Shown here in pieces: positions 24,154 through 37,705 of a stretch of 64,000 nt of DNA. Source of the stretch: Squalus acanthias (Eukaryota). The notes below the pieces were generated by a model that was not told the DNA's origin, did not search any database, and saw nothing but the letters and a program-made list of their open reading frames with translations. The position numbers and the translations under genes were made by a program. The number at the start of each line of letters is the position of its first letter. Position 1 is the first letter of the stretch. The stretch lies in the NCBI GenBank assembly GCA_030390025.1, contig CM059432.1:54500001-54564000 (forward strand), written 5' to 3'.

Positions 24154-25507
24154 TGTAGGGGGTGGAGTGGTAGGTTCAGCTTCACCTCTGACTCAGTGAG
24201 TGGTTCGAATCGCTCCCACGCCCCTGGTTCTAGACCTTGGACTTATTTGGGGGTCGTGAACAAAGGTGCAGTAGACAACAGGTTTTGATGAAAGAATTTT
24301 GATCTTTATTCAAGAAAGTAAAGCACAACACAAACACTCTTAACACTCTAAAGGTGGGGAACACTTCGGTACACGCGAGGGAAATAACATTAGAAGAATA
24401 CTTCACCCCTCCCAATCCCACTTCACTAGCTAGGTTGGACTCTGGAGAACCAGGGATAATGCTCACCAAACGAATCCTTGACAGTTGAGAGTTAGGGTTT
24501 AGAGTCTTTTGAGTAAAAGGTTTCGTAAGGCCCTTGTTGCCGCGAGGTGTCTGATGGTCACTGAGGCGGTCGCTCTGGTCTATTCTTGCGTGTCGGCCTA
24601 CTTCTGGAGCTGTTGGCTTTCTTTGTTAAACTGCTTTCTGTTTAAACTGTCTTCTTCCAAGCTGTGGAACTGCCTTCTTGCAGAACTGTGGAAACTGCCT
24701 TCTGCCTGCTTGTTGAACTTGAACGATTTTTACTGGAGAACTCCCTTCTTACTGAACTGTCTTCTTTAACTGCCCAACTTGCTTCTCCTGAACTCTATAA
24801 TTCCAGCACTGACTTCTGCTGAAAAACAGGCTTTCAAATTGAACTTCAAAACTGCAGAACTGCCTTCTGTTGAACTTGAACTGTTGTAACTCCTGAACTG
24901 CTTGATGGGCCTTCAATTATACTAAATTGAAGTGGCCTTATCAAACCCAAATCAAATCGCGGTCATTGTAAGACCTCGTTAACAGTAACGACTTTACTAG
25001 AGTGTTAACTGGTTTTGTAAATGTGTGAAGTGGTTTCAAAATAGCTCCATCCTGTCGATCTGTTGTTTAATCGGAGTTTGAATTGTCCTCATGTTTTGGG
25101 TTTCTTGACTGGGCCTAGGGCTTCGATCGAATATTTGCTTTATGCATGTCTTTAATGGGTTCTGTAATCGGTTTGATGGGACCTGTTGTTTTGGGTGGGG
25201 CTGTCTCCTCCTAGGGTCTATTGTCAAAATGTTAATGCTTGCTGGGGCTTGAGTGAGGTCATCCCGATTCCCCAGACAATGCAATTTAACTGCAATACCC
25301 AAAACTGCTTTTGCAGAGGTTGAGCCCAACTTCCTTCACAGCCTTTTCTCCCTTCACAGGCCCAGACATGCTTTTAAAATGCCAAAACTTGGTTTTTGGT
25401 CTTACAGTCTCTTAGGTTAGGCCCAAATGTATTTTTATCACTCTGAGGTAGTTCCAAAGTCCTTTTTCCTTAGGTTTTGGGGATCTGCAAATTTTGGAAA
25501 CCTTACA
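24154..25507 (-). mobile_element. Solo LTR, 1354 bp
   Basis: TGTA...TACA ends, perfect 5-bp TSD GGCGC, AATAAA on the minus strand ~24305. Second copy at 61168. Confidence 0.9.
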
Positions 25508-26952
25508 GGCGCTAAACTTTCCGCCCGGCCAATAATTGCGTCCCAAACGGGGCGATACCGAATTTCTCCCCCTTTGTGTTTAGTATCTCAGTGGTTCTTG
25601 TTAAACTTGAATAAATAATTTTGTATTTTTTTCTGTCTAAGTTAGGGCAGTGGGTTAAACTAAGAAGTTTAGTTAGTAGTCTAATAAATAGAGGCATGGC
25701 AGGGCACCTCAGTCCTGTCGAATGCACATCCTGTGCCATGCGGGAAGTGCAGGATACTTCTCGTGTCCTGGACAACCACATGTGCAGGAAGTGTTGTCAG
25801 GTGGAGGAGCTTGAGCAGCAGCTGGCGTCACTGCAGTGCATCCGCAAGGCTGAGAGCTACGTGGATAACACGTTTCAGGAGGTGGTCACCCTGCAGCTTA
25901 AGAGTTTGCAGGCAGAGAGGGAATGGGTGACCGTCAGACAGAAGAGGAGGACCAGGCAGTTAGTGCAGGAGTCCCCTGAGTGCATCTCGCTCTCTAACCA
26001 GTATTCAATGGTTCCTCTAGGGAGTATAGCCAGTGCCAAGTCCACAACACCATGGGTGGCTCAGATGTACAAGGGGTGATGAGGAAGGTCAGAAAAGCAA
26101 TAGTGATAGGGGATTCAATAGTTAGGGGAACAGACAGGTGTTTCTGCAGCCGCAGATGTGACTCCAGGATGGTATGTTGTATAAGGATGTCACTGAGTGG
26201 CTGTGAAACATTCTGAAGGGGGAGGGTGAACATCCAGAGGTCATGGTCCATATTGGTACCAATGACATAGGTAGAAAGAGGGATGAGGTCCTGCACGCAG
26301 AATTTAGGGAGCTAGGAAAGAGATTAATAAGCAGGACCTCAAAGGTAGTAATCTCCGGATTACTCCCGGAGCCACGCGCTAGTGAGTACAGAAATAGGAG
26401 GATAGAGCAGATTAATGCGTGGCTGGAGAGATGGTGCAGGAGGGAGGGCTTTAGGTTCCTGAGGCATTTGGACCGGTTCTGCGGGAGGTAGGACATGTAG
26501 AAGCCGGACGGGTTGCACCTCCATAGGGCCGGGACCAATATCCTTGCGGGGTGGTTTGCTAGTGCTGTTGGGGGGGGTTTAAACTAGCTTGGCAGGGGAT
26601 GGGAACCTGAGCATAGAGTCAGAAGGGAGAGAAGCAAAACTGGAAATGGAAGGCAGTAAATTAGTAAGTAAGTTTGGAAGGCAGAGGAAACAAAGGCTAG
26701 AAAATAGACAACAAAGGGGTTTGGCAGTGCTTAATGGTATATACTTCAATGCAAGGAGTCTAGTGCATAAGGCAGATGAGCTGAGGACACAGATAGACAC
26801 ATGGAAGTATGATATCATAGCTATTACTGAAACATGACTGAAAGAAGGGTAGGAATGGCAGCTCAACATCCCTGGTTACAGGATTTTCAGACAAGATAGG
26901 AGGGGGATAAAAAAAGATGGGGGGTCACAATATTGGTTAAAGAAACAATTAT

Positions 26953-27279
26953 AAAAAGAAAGAAAGAAAGACTTGCATTTATATAGCGCCTTTCACAACC
27001 ACCGGACGTCTCAAAGCGCTTTACAGTCAATGAAGTACTTTTGAAGTGGAGTCGCTGTTCTAATGTGGAAAACGTAGCAGCCAATTTGCGCACAGCAAGG
27101 TCCCACAAACAGCAATGTGATAATGACCAGATAATCTGTTTTTTTCTGTTATGTTGGTTGAGAGATGAATATTGGCCAGGACACCGGGGATAACTCCCTT
27201 ACTCTTCTTCGAAATAGTGCCATGGGATCTTTTACGTCTCATCTAAAAGACGGCACACTCCGACAGTGCAGCACTCCCT
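26953..27279 (-). mobile_element. Deu-domain SINE (SacSINE/AmnSINE-like) with L2-type tail, 5'-truncated
   Basis: Minus strand 'agggagtgctgcactgtcgga..taaaagatcccatggcactatttcgaagaagag..ggtgtcctggccaatatt' and tail 'aaggcgctatataaatgcaagtc(tttc)n'. Confidence 0.8.
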
Positions 27280-30214
27280 GCTGTGAGGAGGGATCATATG
27301 TTAGAAGGATCATCAAATGAGTCCATATGGGTTGAACTGAAGAACAAAAAAAGGGCAATCACACTGCTGGGCGTGTACTATAGACCCCCAAATAGTCAGA
27401 GGGAGATAGATGAGCAAATATGTAGGCAAATTTCTGAGAAGTGCAAAATCAGTAGGGCAGTAATAGTAGGGGATTTCAACTATCCTAATATTAACTGGGA
27501 TAGAATCAGTGTAAAAGGTATAGAGGGTGTAGAATTCTTAAAATGCATTCAGGAGAACATTTTTAGCCAGTACGTAGCAATCCCAAGAGAGGGGGGCGGT
27601 TCTAGACTTAGTTTTAGGGAATGAAGCAGGGCAGGTGGAAGGGGTATCAGTGGGAGAGCATTTTGGTGGTAGTGATCATAATTCAGTTAGATTTAGCATA
27701 GTTATGGAAAAGGACAAAGATAGACCAAAAAAGGCCAATTTTACTAAGCTGAGATATGATTTAGTAAAAGTGGACTGGAAACAGCTAATGAAGATAAATC
27801 AGTGTCAGAGCAGTGGGAGGCACTCAAGGAGGAGATAGTGAGGGTTCAGAGCAAATATGTTCCCACAAAGAAAAAGGGTGGGACCCCAAATCTAGAGCCC
27901 CCTGGATGTCAAGGGACATACAGGGTAGGATAAGGCAAAAAGGGAAGCATTTGTCAGATACCGAGAGCTAAATACTGCAGAAAGCCAAGAGGAGTATAAA
28001 AAGTGCAGGGATGAAATTAAAAAGGAAATTGGGAAAGCAAAGAGAGGGCATGAAAAAATATTGGCAAGTAAAATCAAGGAAAACCCAAAGATGTTTTATA
28101 AATACATAAAGAGCAAGAGGATAACTAAAGAAAGAGTAGGGCCTATTAGAGACCAAAAAGGAATCTTGTGTGTGGAGGCGGAAGACATGGGTATGGTTCT
28201 TAATGAATACTTTGCGTCTGTCTTCACCAAAGAGAGGGACGACAAAGACATTGTAGTTAAGGAGGTAATGCATTTGGGAAATATTAGATGAGATAAACAT
28301 AGTGAGAGAGGATATATTAAGGGGTTTGGCATTTTTGAAAGTAAATAAATCACCAACCCGGATAAAATGTATCCTAGGCTGTAAAGAGAAGCAAGGGAGG
28401 AAATAGCAGAGGCTCTGACCATCATTTTCCAATCCTCTCTGGCTACAGGTGTGGTGCCAGAGGACTGGAGGACTGCTAACATTGTACCGTTGTTTAAAAA
28501 GGGAGAAAGGGGTAGACCAAATAATTACAGGCCAGTCAGCCTAACCTCGGTGGTGGGCAAATTATTGGAAATAAATTCTGAGGGACATATTAATTATCAT
28601 TTAGAAAGCCATGGATTAATCAAGGACAGTCAGCGTGGATTTGTCAAGGGAAGGTCGTGTCTGATTAACTTGATTGAATTTTTTGAGGAGGTAACAAGGA
28701 GGGTTGATGAGGGTAGTGCGTTTGATATAGTCTGCATGGATTTTAGCAAGGCTTTTGACAAGGTCCCACATGGCAGGCTGGTCAGAAAAGTAAAAGCCCA
28801 TGGGATCCCAGGGAAAGTGGCAAGTTGGATCCAAAATTAGTTCAGTGGCAGGAAGCAAAGGGTAATGGTCGGCGGGTGTTTTGTGACTGGAAGGCTGTTT
28901 CCAGTAAGGTTCCACAAGGCTCAGTACTAGGTCCCTTGCTTTCTGTGGTATATATCAATGATTTAGACTTCCATGTAGGGGGCATGATTAAGAAGTTTGC
29001 AGATGATACAAAGATTGGCTGTGTGGTTGATAGTGAGGACAAAAGCTGTAGATTGCAGGAAGATATCAATGGACTGGTCAGGTGGGCAGAAAAGTGGCAA
29101 ATGAAATTCAATCCAGAGCAGTGTGAGGTAATGCATTTGGGGAGGGCTAACAAGGCAAGGGAATACACAATCAATGGTCGGATACTGAGAAGTGTAGAGG
29201 AACAGAGGGACCTTGGAGTGCATGTCCACAGATCCCTGAAGGTAGCAGGACAGGTAGATAAGGTGGTTAAGAAGGCATACGGGATATTTGCCTTTATTAG
29301 CCGAGGCATAGAATATAAGAGCGGTGAGGTTATGCTAGAACCATATAAAACACTCGTTAGGCCACAGCTAGAGTACTGTGTACAGTTCTGGTCACCACAT
29401 TACAGGAAAGATGTGATTGTACTAGAGAGGGTACAGAGGAGATTTATGAGGATGTTGCCAGGACTGGAGAATTTTAGCTATGAGGAAAAATTGGATGGGC
29501 TGGTGTTGTTTTCTTTGGAACAGAAGAGGCTGAGGGGGGACTTGATTGAGGTGTATAAAATTATGAGGGGCCTAGATAGAGTGGATAGGAAGGACCTATT
29601 TCCCTTAGCAGAGAGGTCAATAACCAGGGGGCATAGATGTAAAATAATTGGTAGAAGGATTAGAGGGGAGTTGAGGAGAAATGTTTTCACCCAGAGGGTG
29701 GTGGGGGTCTAGAACTCACTGCCTGAAAGGGTGGTAGAGGCAGAAATCCTGATCACATTTAAAAGGTACTTGGATATGCACTCTCGAGATGACAGCATTT
29801 GTGTTCCCACCACTGCCACTCTGCCAGTGTCCTTGCTGTTGTCTGTCAGCCAGCCAGCCCAGACTGCTGCCGTTCATGCCGAGGTGGTGCAGTCTAAAGC
29901 TGGGCCTTCTAGGCCCAGAGCTGCTTGAGGTCATCCTGCAAGGCCATCCACTGAAAGTCTCCCCCACTGAGAGTCAGCAGCCTTCCACTAGCCATGCTGC
30001 AGCCACTGGCGGGGGCACACAGAAGACAAGCACTAAGACAACGTACAAGCGTAATTAGTTGACTTTGTTATGTAATATTGGATGGATTGATGTATAAAGT
30101 TGGTTTGGAATGTTTGTTTTGTGGTGGCTTTTATTGTAGCATTGTGGCCAAGAGGACGCTTTGATGGTCAGTAACAGAGGGAAGGTAAGTTGTGGGACTG
30201 CCTGTGAATGGGGA

Positions 30215-31378
30215 ATTGGGGTTGCGCTCATTGGTACCGAAGTCAGATCAGTTGCTCACGGATAGCCCGGCCAGAAAGAGTCTGTCTTGGTTGCCTCCTC
30301 CCTTCCTCCTCCTCCTCCTCCTCTTCCTCCTATTCCTCCGCCTCCTCCTCAACTCTTCACCGTATACCTGCTGGCAAGGGCTGTGCCCTCATGATGGCGA
30401 AGTTGGGCAGCATGCAGCAGATCTCAACGAATCTTGAGACGTGGTCTGGCGAGTACTACAGGGCTCCTCCAGTGCGGTCCAGGCAGTGGAAGCATTGTTT
30501 AAGGGCATCAATGGTCTGCTCGATCAAATTCCATGTGGCAGCATGGCTTTCGTTACATGCATGCTGCCCATGTGTGGTTGGGTTGTGCACCAGAGTCATG
30601 AGCCCGGTGGCAGCGGATAGCCCTTGTCGCCCAGTAGTCACCCTCTGGTTTGTCGTAGTGGATGAAAAGCAGACTGCCGTAGAATTAAGGCATCATGGTT
30701 GCTGCCAGGATACCAAGCACTGACTTACATGATGCACTGAGTATGGTGGCACACCAGCTGGACATTGAGGGAGTGGAATCCCTTCCAGTTGTGGGACATC
30801 TCCAAGTTCACATGCAGCATCTGCAAAGCAACGTGTGTGCAGTCAATGGGACTCTTCACCATGGGGAAGCCTGTTATCCTTGTGAATCCACGTGCTCATT
30901 CCAACTGCTTCTCCCTGGCAAGAGAGAGTGAAATGTATTCACCTCCCTTTGCATACAGAGCCTCAGTGACCTCCCTTATGCAATGGCGAACGGCGAACTG
31001 TGAGATGTTACAAGTGTCACCTGCTCCAGCCTGGAAGGAGCCGAATACATAAAAATTGATAGCCACACTCACCTTCACAGCCACTGGCAATGCCGCCCTC
31101 GCCCTGCTCTGAGGCTGTAGGTCTGCCTGCAACAGGTGGCAGATTTCAGTGAGCACCTCCTTAGTGAAGCGGAGACGTCATATGCACTGTTCCTCACTGA
31201 GGTTGAGCTAGGAGAAGTACTCCTTGAATACCCTGGGTGGATATGTCCTCCTGCTGAGTGCCCTTCTCCTCCTCCTCCTCCTCCTCCCTCTTCAAGCAGC
31301 TTGTCCTCCTCTGTGTCGCCTCTGCTCATTCTCCCTATCAAACTGCAGGCCAAGTGAGATACAAACTACTGCACCCAT
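30215..31378 (-). pseudogene. Harbinger DDE transposase of H2, with stops and frameshifts
   Basis: Motifs EICHLLQ, NFYVFGSFQ, IDCTH, KGFHSLNVQLVC, PGSNHDA, LGDKGY, IEQTI..LKQCFHCLD and an acidic tail. Confidence 0.9.
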
Positions 31379-33153
31379 GTCTGGGAGCAACTAGTCTGAG
31401 CAAAAGCCTTGAAGTAACTGCCACACCACTCAGACTTCAGCAACTTCAAATAAGACACCAAACCAAGAAATACCTCTATAAACTCAAGAGCCAGTAGAAA
31501 TCAAACAGCAACTAACCTGAAAGCAGGTGATGATCCCTTTAAATAGCGCTGGTGGGGGGTCCTTCCTGCTGCTGCATGCATGTTCAGCCATGCGTGTTTA
31601 AGAGAGGGCGTTGGCTGCAGCATTGAGGTCCAAAATAGCAGTGCTGGCATCAAGTAAGCATTACATGCTGACGGACGTCACGATCTGCGTACACTACATA
31701 ATTCCAGTGCCGTTCCCAACACCCGTGCTAGTGACCTCACCAGAAATGCGCGCATGCGGCGCTGGCGCCATTTTGGGCACAAAACGGCACCCATAGCGCC
31801 GAAAACTGGGTACTACGGAGCCAAATTTCTCAGCCTCTAAATCCATTCAACATTAACAAGGCTCCACAGCAACAACAACATCTTATAATTTTGGCCTCAG
31901 TGTTTCAGGCTATATCATGTCATTGCATATATATCCAGCAGATGGAGCCTTGTCATGAAGGTAATAGCATCATTCATTGTGTAAGATGTGGTGGGTTGAC
32001 AAATAAGAACGTGTTCGGCTGATGAAATGAACACAAAGAGTGATTTTGTAAAGGGAGCGGTTTCTCTTCAATTTTACTCAAACCCAGTTCCACACTGAAG
32101 GCTGCTGCTGCCACTTATGGAACTGTATGTGTCACCAAGAAAGAGGTAGAAGAGAAGAAACATCAACTCGAGGTACACTAACAAGTCCCCATGCATGCAG
32201 CTTATCACTGTGTCTATCTCTGTTGCCTGCCTTTGCTGGTTCTCTCACTCTTTCTCTTATGTTTCTCTCTCTGGCCCCCTACTCCCAAACATTAGACTAG
32301 CGGCCTCTTGTGATACTTATACTTCCAAATTCCAACATCTCTCTTGTATCATTACATCTCCAGTACTAATCATACCCATGTACAAGCCACTCCTCCAACA
32401 TTGGCCAGAATATTGTGTGCAAAAACATAGCTCACATACTGGATATTACCATATGTATCCAGGACCAGAAGGGCAATTATTGTGTCCCAGCATTTACCCA
32501 AAGAACTACTATGATCTATTTATATTTTACTACAAACAAGACTGTGCAGAAATACTAAAGGAAAGGAAACATTTTATTAATGCATCTGTCCTGATATGAC
32601 TGCAAAAGTAGTACAACTTATGCACTAAACTTTCAAACAAGCTGATGTATAATCCACCTGTTATTAATCTGTTGGAGCCGAAAAGCTGTGCCACAGTCAA
32701 TAAATTTGGTTACTATCACAGTGGTGCCAGGATAGAACCATCAGTTAGCTGCCCACTTCTTAACCTTGTGTTCCTGTCCTTAAAAAAATAAACTTTATAT
32801 ATAAACTATGATTATGCCCCGCATTAGTCAGTAACATAAATCTCAATACCACTGCTTGTTCAATAATATAATATAATTTGGGACTTGTTTGTTGGAGTTT
32901 TTAATGAAATTACTGTACTCTTGTTGTTAGGAGGTATTGTCATTGAACTAGTTACTAGTGACTATAAAATCCCTTACTTGGAATCACCTACCATCTCTAC
33001 AGCCAACAAATAGGGTGAATTATAAAGGGTTTTGGTTCAGGCCTGCTCTGGCTTTGTAATTCCCCTTTTCTCTTTTTTAAATATCGTTTACTTTACTTAT
33101 TGTCCTGTTGGTTTAGGTGTATAAGGTTTTATATAGGAATAGTCAATGCATTT

Positions 33154-33944
33154 CATAGGTACATAGGAACAGGAGTAGACCACTCAGCCCCTCGAGCCTG
33201 TTCCGCGATTCAATTAGATCATGGCTGATCTGTATCTTAACTCCATCTACCTGCCTTGGTTCTGTAACCTTTAATACCTTTGCCTAATAAAATCCATTAA
33301 TCTCAGTTTTGAAATTTTCAATTGAGCTAGGTTCAACTGCTTTTTGGGGGAGAGAGTTCCAGATTTCCACTACCCTTTGTGTGAAAAGGTGCTTTCTGAC
33401 ATCACCCCAGAACGGCCTAGCTCTAATTTTAAGTTTATGCCCCCTTGTTCTGGACTCTCCCACAAGAGGAAATAATTGCTCTCTATCTACCCTATCAACC
33501 TTTTTGATCATTTTAAACACCTCAATTAGTTCACGCTTTAATCTTCTATACTCAATAGTATACAAGCCTAGTCTATGCAACCTGTCCTTATAATTTAATC
33601 CTTTTAGCCCCAGTATCATTTTGGTGAATCTGCACTGCACCCCCTCCAAGGTCAATATATCCTTCCTGAAGTGCAGTGCCCAGAACTGAATGCAGTTACT
33701 CCAGATGGGGTCTAACCAGAGCTCTGTACAGCTGTATCATAACTTCCACTCCTTTGTATTCCAACCTTCTTGAGATAAAGGCCAACATTCCATTCGCCTT
33801 TTTAATTATTAGCTGTTAGTGATTTCTGTACTTGGATCCTTAAATCTCTCTGCTCATCTGCAGTTCCTAGCTCCTCACCATTTAGAAAATACTCTGATCT
33901 ATCTTTCTTAGGTCCAAAGTGGATGACCTCACATGTTCCCGCAT
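33154..33944 (-). mobile_element. CR1 LINE 3' fragment
   Basis: LEGVQCRFTKMI..TRGHKLKI..FTQRVVEIWNSLP and a 3' tail. Confidence 0.9.
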
Positions 33945-34739
33945 ATTGAGAGATATAAAAAAAGTGATTATTCTCTTTTCCTTGTGTTTGTGGCAGAGCA
34001 ATGGCTAGTGCCTCAAGTCTGTACTAAGCCCACAAACCTTGACAGGGTTATCACACAATGTTGTTGAAGATTTGACATCAGAAGAGCACAAACTGTTAGG
34101 CATAAGGCAGACTTCAAGGTTTGCTCTACAAATTAATAGGAGGGCATAGGGAGATCTTAATGTGTCTGCAGACACATGGGTCACAGAAAATAAGCTAACA
34201 TTGTCCACCAGACCCAGAACTCAAAGTTAATGATCTTTGGATCTTTGCAGCACCTAGGGTCAAAGAGGAGAGCCTAGATTTAGGTTGAAGGCCTGAATGG
34301 AAGGATATACACAATTTTAGAACCAAATTATGAAAACAGGAATGTAAGATAACATAGGTTAGGGAAGAAACTGCCTGAATAGATCTGTACCTTTTATAAA
34401 TAAAATACATGGCATAGTTTCAAATTGCTCACTTTTATAGCGAGGTGTTTGTTGTCCTTGTTCAAGCTGTGCCTCAACTGTTTGTTTATTCCTCAAAAAA
34501 CTTAAATGCCCAAATATATCACTTCTGCTCATGCTCAAAAATGTAATGCACGCACAGAAAAGGCAAGCTATTACGTCTCAATGTGCTTTGCAATGTCCTG
34601 AGGTTATGAAAGGCGCTTTATTTTTTATTTTTACCAGCAGGCGAGTTTTCCTGGCCCATGAACAGTGCAAACATGAGTATGCTGACCTTCCCACACTTGT
34701 GCTGATTTTGCAAATGGGGCCAAAAATAAACACAATAAT

Positions 34740-35612
34740 GGCAGGGAATTTGAGGTTGTAATGACAGCGAAACTGTCAGCTTTCGCCATCATTACAACTG
34801 TGAAACTGACAGCAACTTCTGGCATCCGCACATGCACATATAACACAGAAATCCAAAAGTTGGTGTCAGTCATTCCCTGCCTCTTCACAAGGTGTGCTGT
34901 TGAACTCCCCACAGCCGGCAATCAATTGAAATTACTGAACTGATGAAAACTTCAACTTTTACACTTTAATATCGCTGTTAAAAAAAAAGTTAAGCCTTGT
35001 TCAATGAGGTGTAACTGGGTTTTTAATGGTGTACTGAGTCATAACTACTGCTGAACAACCGTTCTAGCCCTGAAAAACTAATTTTATATTTGAGGACTAT
35101 CAAATTTTTCCATTATGATAAAAATTCCATGGTTTTTAATATAATATATATATTTTTAAGTTTGTTTATGATATGTTCAAGCTGTGCCTCAACTGTTTGT
35201 TTATTCCTCAAAAAAATTAAATGCACAAAATATAATTCTGCACATGCACAAAAATGTAATGCACGCACAGAAAAGACAAGCTATTATGTCCCAAGGTGCT
35301 TCCACCTTAATGTGTAGGTCCCAGTCTTTATTTTGCTCTCTGTAAAATTATTTAAAAAGTGAAGGATAATCAGTGCAATTTACTTCCTGGTTTGCTGCTT
35401 GTGAGAATTTTTCAATGTGATTGGCTGCTTAGCCAACTTGATGACATCACTGTTGCTAGATACTGGAGATCCGCTAGACTTGGTACCAGAATCAAATTAA
35501 CATCAGGAGAGGTGAAATCCACACCACAGAGATTGCTAAATCTTTATGGGCAGCTTTCTTCGAGGTCAGTGGCGAGCGCCATCACTTCACCACTGACCAC
35601 ACAATCCGGACC
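34740..35612. mobile_element. Harbinger-type MITE family B
   Basis: Degenerate GG..CC termini, AAT TSD. Related in reverse orientation to 37706-38494. Confidence 0.7.
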
Positions 35613-36087
35613 AATATTTTAGTTAATTTTAATAAAAAGGGAAAAAGTTAAATATTGACATGGACAACTTTTTTAACTTCAGTTCTAAAACTGCAAGTTC
35701 AGACAAAGCAACAGGTATCTTCAGCACATTGATGTGGGCAAATATTCTGCGTAAAACAGAGACATGTCCTCAGAGTATGCACTGTACAAATCTGCCAGGA
35801 AACACGATACAACTCTTCCATTTCTGCACATCTATCTAATGTTGCAATCAAGGATTATTCATATGAAGATCGATCTCAAATATTACTTCCAAGATGGGAA
35901 GAGCAAATAACATAAAATATTAATTAACATTCCATAAAAATATCTAAACAAGCACACAACACTGCATTTGGACACAAACATAACTTGTAGCCTATTACAT
36001 GAATTTTTGTTTTTATTCGTTCCTAGGATTTGGGCATTGCATTTATATAGCACCTTTCACAACCACCAGATGTCTCAAAGCGCTTTA

Positions 36088-37698
36088 CACCCCCTCCCCC
36101 TCCCGTTAGTTGTTTAATGGTCCACCACCATTCATGACTGGATGTGGCAGGACGGCAGAACTTTGATCTGATCCGTTGATTATGGGATTGCTTAGCTCTG
36201 TCTATAGCATGCTGCGTCCGCTTTTTAGCATGCATGTAGTCCTGTGTTGCAGCTTCCTCAGGTTGGCACCGCATTTTTTGGTACGCCTGGTGCTGCTCCT
36301 GGCATGCTCTTCGACACTCCTCATTGAACCAGGGTTGGTCCCCTGGCTTAATGGTAATGGTAGAGTGAGGGATATGCTCGATCATGAGGTTACAGATTGT
36401 GGTGGAATACAATTCTGCTGCTGCTACAACATTACAACAGTGACTACACTTCAAAAGTACTTCATTGGCTGTAAAGTGCTTTGTGACGTCCAGTGGTCGT
36501 GAAAGGCGCTATATAAATGCAAGTCTTTCTTTCTTTCTTTCTTTGCTGATGGCCCACGGTGCCTCATGGATGACCAGTTTTGAGCTGCTAGATCTGTTCT
36601 GAATCTATCCCATTTAGCACGGTGGTAGTGCCACACAAAATGACAGAGGGTGTCCTCAGTGTGAAGACGGGACTTTGTCTCCACAATGACTGTGCAGCAC
36701 TCACTGCTACCAATGCTGTCATGGACAGATGCATCTGCGAGAGGTAGATTGGTGAGGACGAGGTCAAGTAGGTTTTTCCCTCATGTTGGTTCTCTCACCA
36801 CCTGTCGCAGGCCCAGACTGGCAGCTATGTCCTTCAGGACTCGGCCAGCTCGGTCAGTAGTGGTGTTACCGAGCCACTCTTGGTGATGGACATTGAAGTC
36901 CCCCACCCAGAGTACATTCTGTACCCTTGCTACTCAGTGCTTCTTCCAAGTGGTGTTCGACATGGAGGAGTACTGATTCATCAGCTGAGGGAAGGCGGTA
37001 GGTGGTAATCAGCAGGAGATTTCCTTGCCCATGCTTGACCTGAAGCTATGACACTTCATGGGGTCCGGAGTCAATGCTGAGGACTCCCAGGGTCACTCCT
37101 TCCCAACTGTATACCACTGTGCTGCCACCCCTGGTGGGTCAGTCCTACCGGTGGGACAACATATACCCAGGGATGGTGATGGAGGGGTTTGGGACATTGG
37201 CTGAAGCACTGTGCAATCATCAGCAAACATTCCCACTTATGACCTTATGATGGAGGGAAGGTCATTGATGAAACAGCTGAAGATGGTTGGGTTCCTGAGG
37301 AACTCCTGCAGCGATATCCTGGGGCTATGATGATTGACCTCCAACCACCACAACCATCTTCCTTTGTGCTAGGTATGACTCCAGCCAGTGGAGAGTTTTC
37401 CCCCCGATTCCCATTGACTTCAGTTTTACTAGGGCTCCTTGATGCCACACTCGGTCAAATGCTGCCTTGATGTCAAGGGCAGTTACTCTCACCTCACCTC
37501 TGGACTTCAGCTCTTTTGTCCATGTTTGGACCAGGGCTGTAATGAGTTCTGGAGCTGAGTGGTCCTGGCGGCACACAAACTGAGCATCAGTGAGCAGGTT
37601 ATTGTTGAGTAAGTGCCACTTGATAGCACTGTCGACAACACCTTCCATCACTTTGCTGATGATTGAGAGTAGACTGATGGGGCGGTAATTGGCCGGAT
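36088..37698 (-). mobile_element. Non-LTR retrotransposon fragments (CR1/L2 group, different family), rearranged, with SINE tail inserts at ~36038-36088 and 36425-36545
   Basis: NYRPISLLSIISKVME, ALDIKAAFDRVWH, WLESYL and endonuclease GDFN-like pieces. Confidence 0.85.
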
Positions 37699-37705
37699 AA
37701 ATAAT

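Larger units (their letters stand above)
17511..25572. mobile_element. Two-gene Harbinger element H1 with nested insertions
   Basis: TIRs GGGGGAAAAATT / AATTTCTCCCCC, perfect TTT TSD, convergent transposase (+) and Myb/SANT (-) genes. Confidence 0.9.
17283..29780 (+). mobile_element. Near full-length CR1 LINE (5' UTR 17283-17510 resumes at 25573), 3' tail missing
   Basis: ORF1 ATG 25696 (MAGHLSPVECTSC; esterase motifs VIGDS, HIGTND). ORF2 motifs IAITET, YRPP, GDFN, FADD, LEYCVQFW. Interrupted by Harbinger H1 and a SINE. Confidence 0.85.
17030..31835. mobile_element. Old two-gene Harbinger element H2 (Myb remnant on +, transposase on -), disrupted by a CR1; left end not found
   Basis: Myb motif QCRKKFNDLTRIVR ~17105-17146, Myb C-terminal remnant 29785-30050, transposase 30215-31378, right terminus AATTTCTCAGCC at 31835. 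Confidence 0.65.

Noticed and set aside
24600..24900. CRISPR-like or guide array
   Set aside because: Units are short, irregular and degenerate with no unique spacers, and they lie within an LTR.
32087..32171. Plus-strand exon candidate STLKAAAATYGTVCVTKKEVEEKKHQLE
   Set aside because: Weak donor and no recognisable homology.
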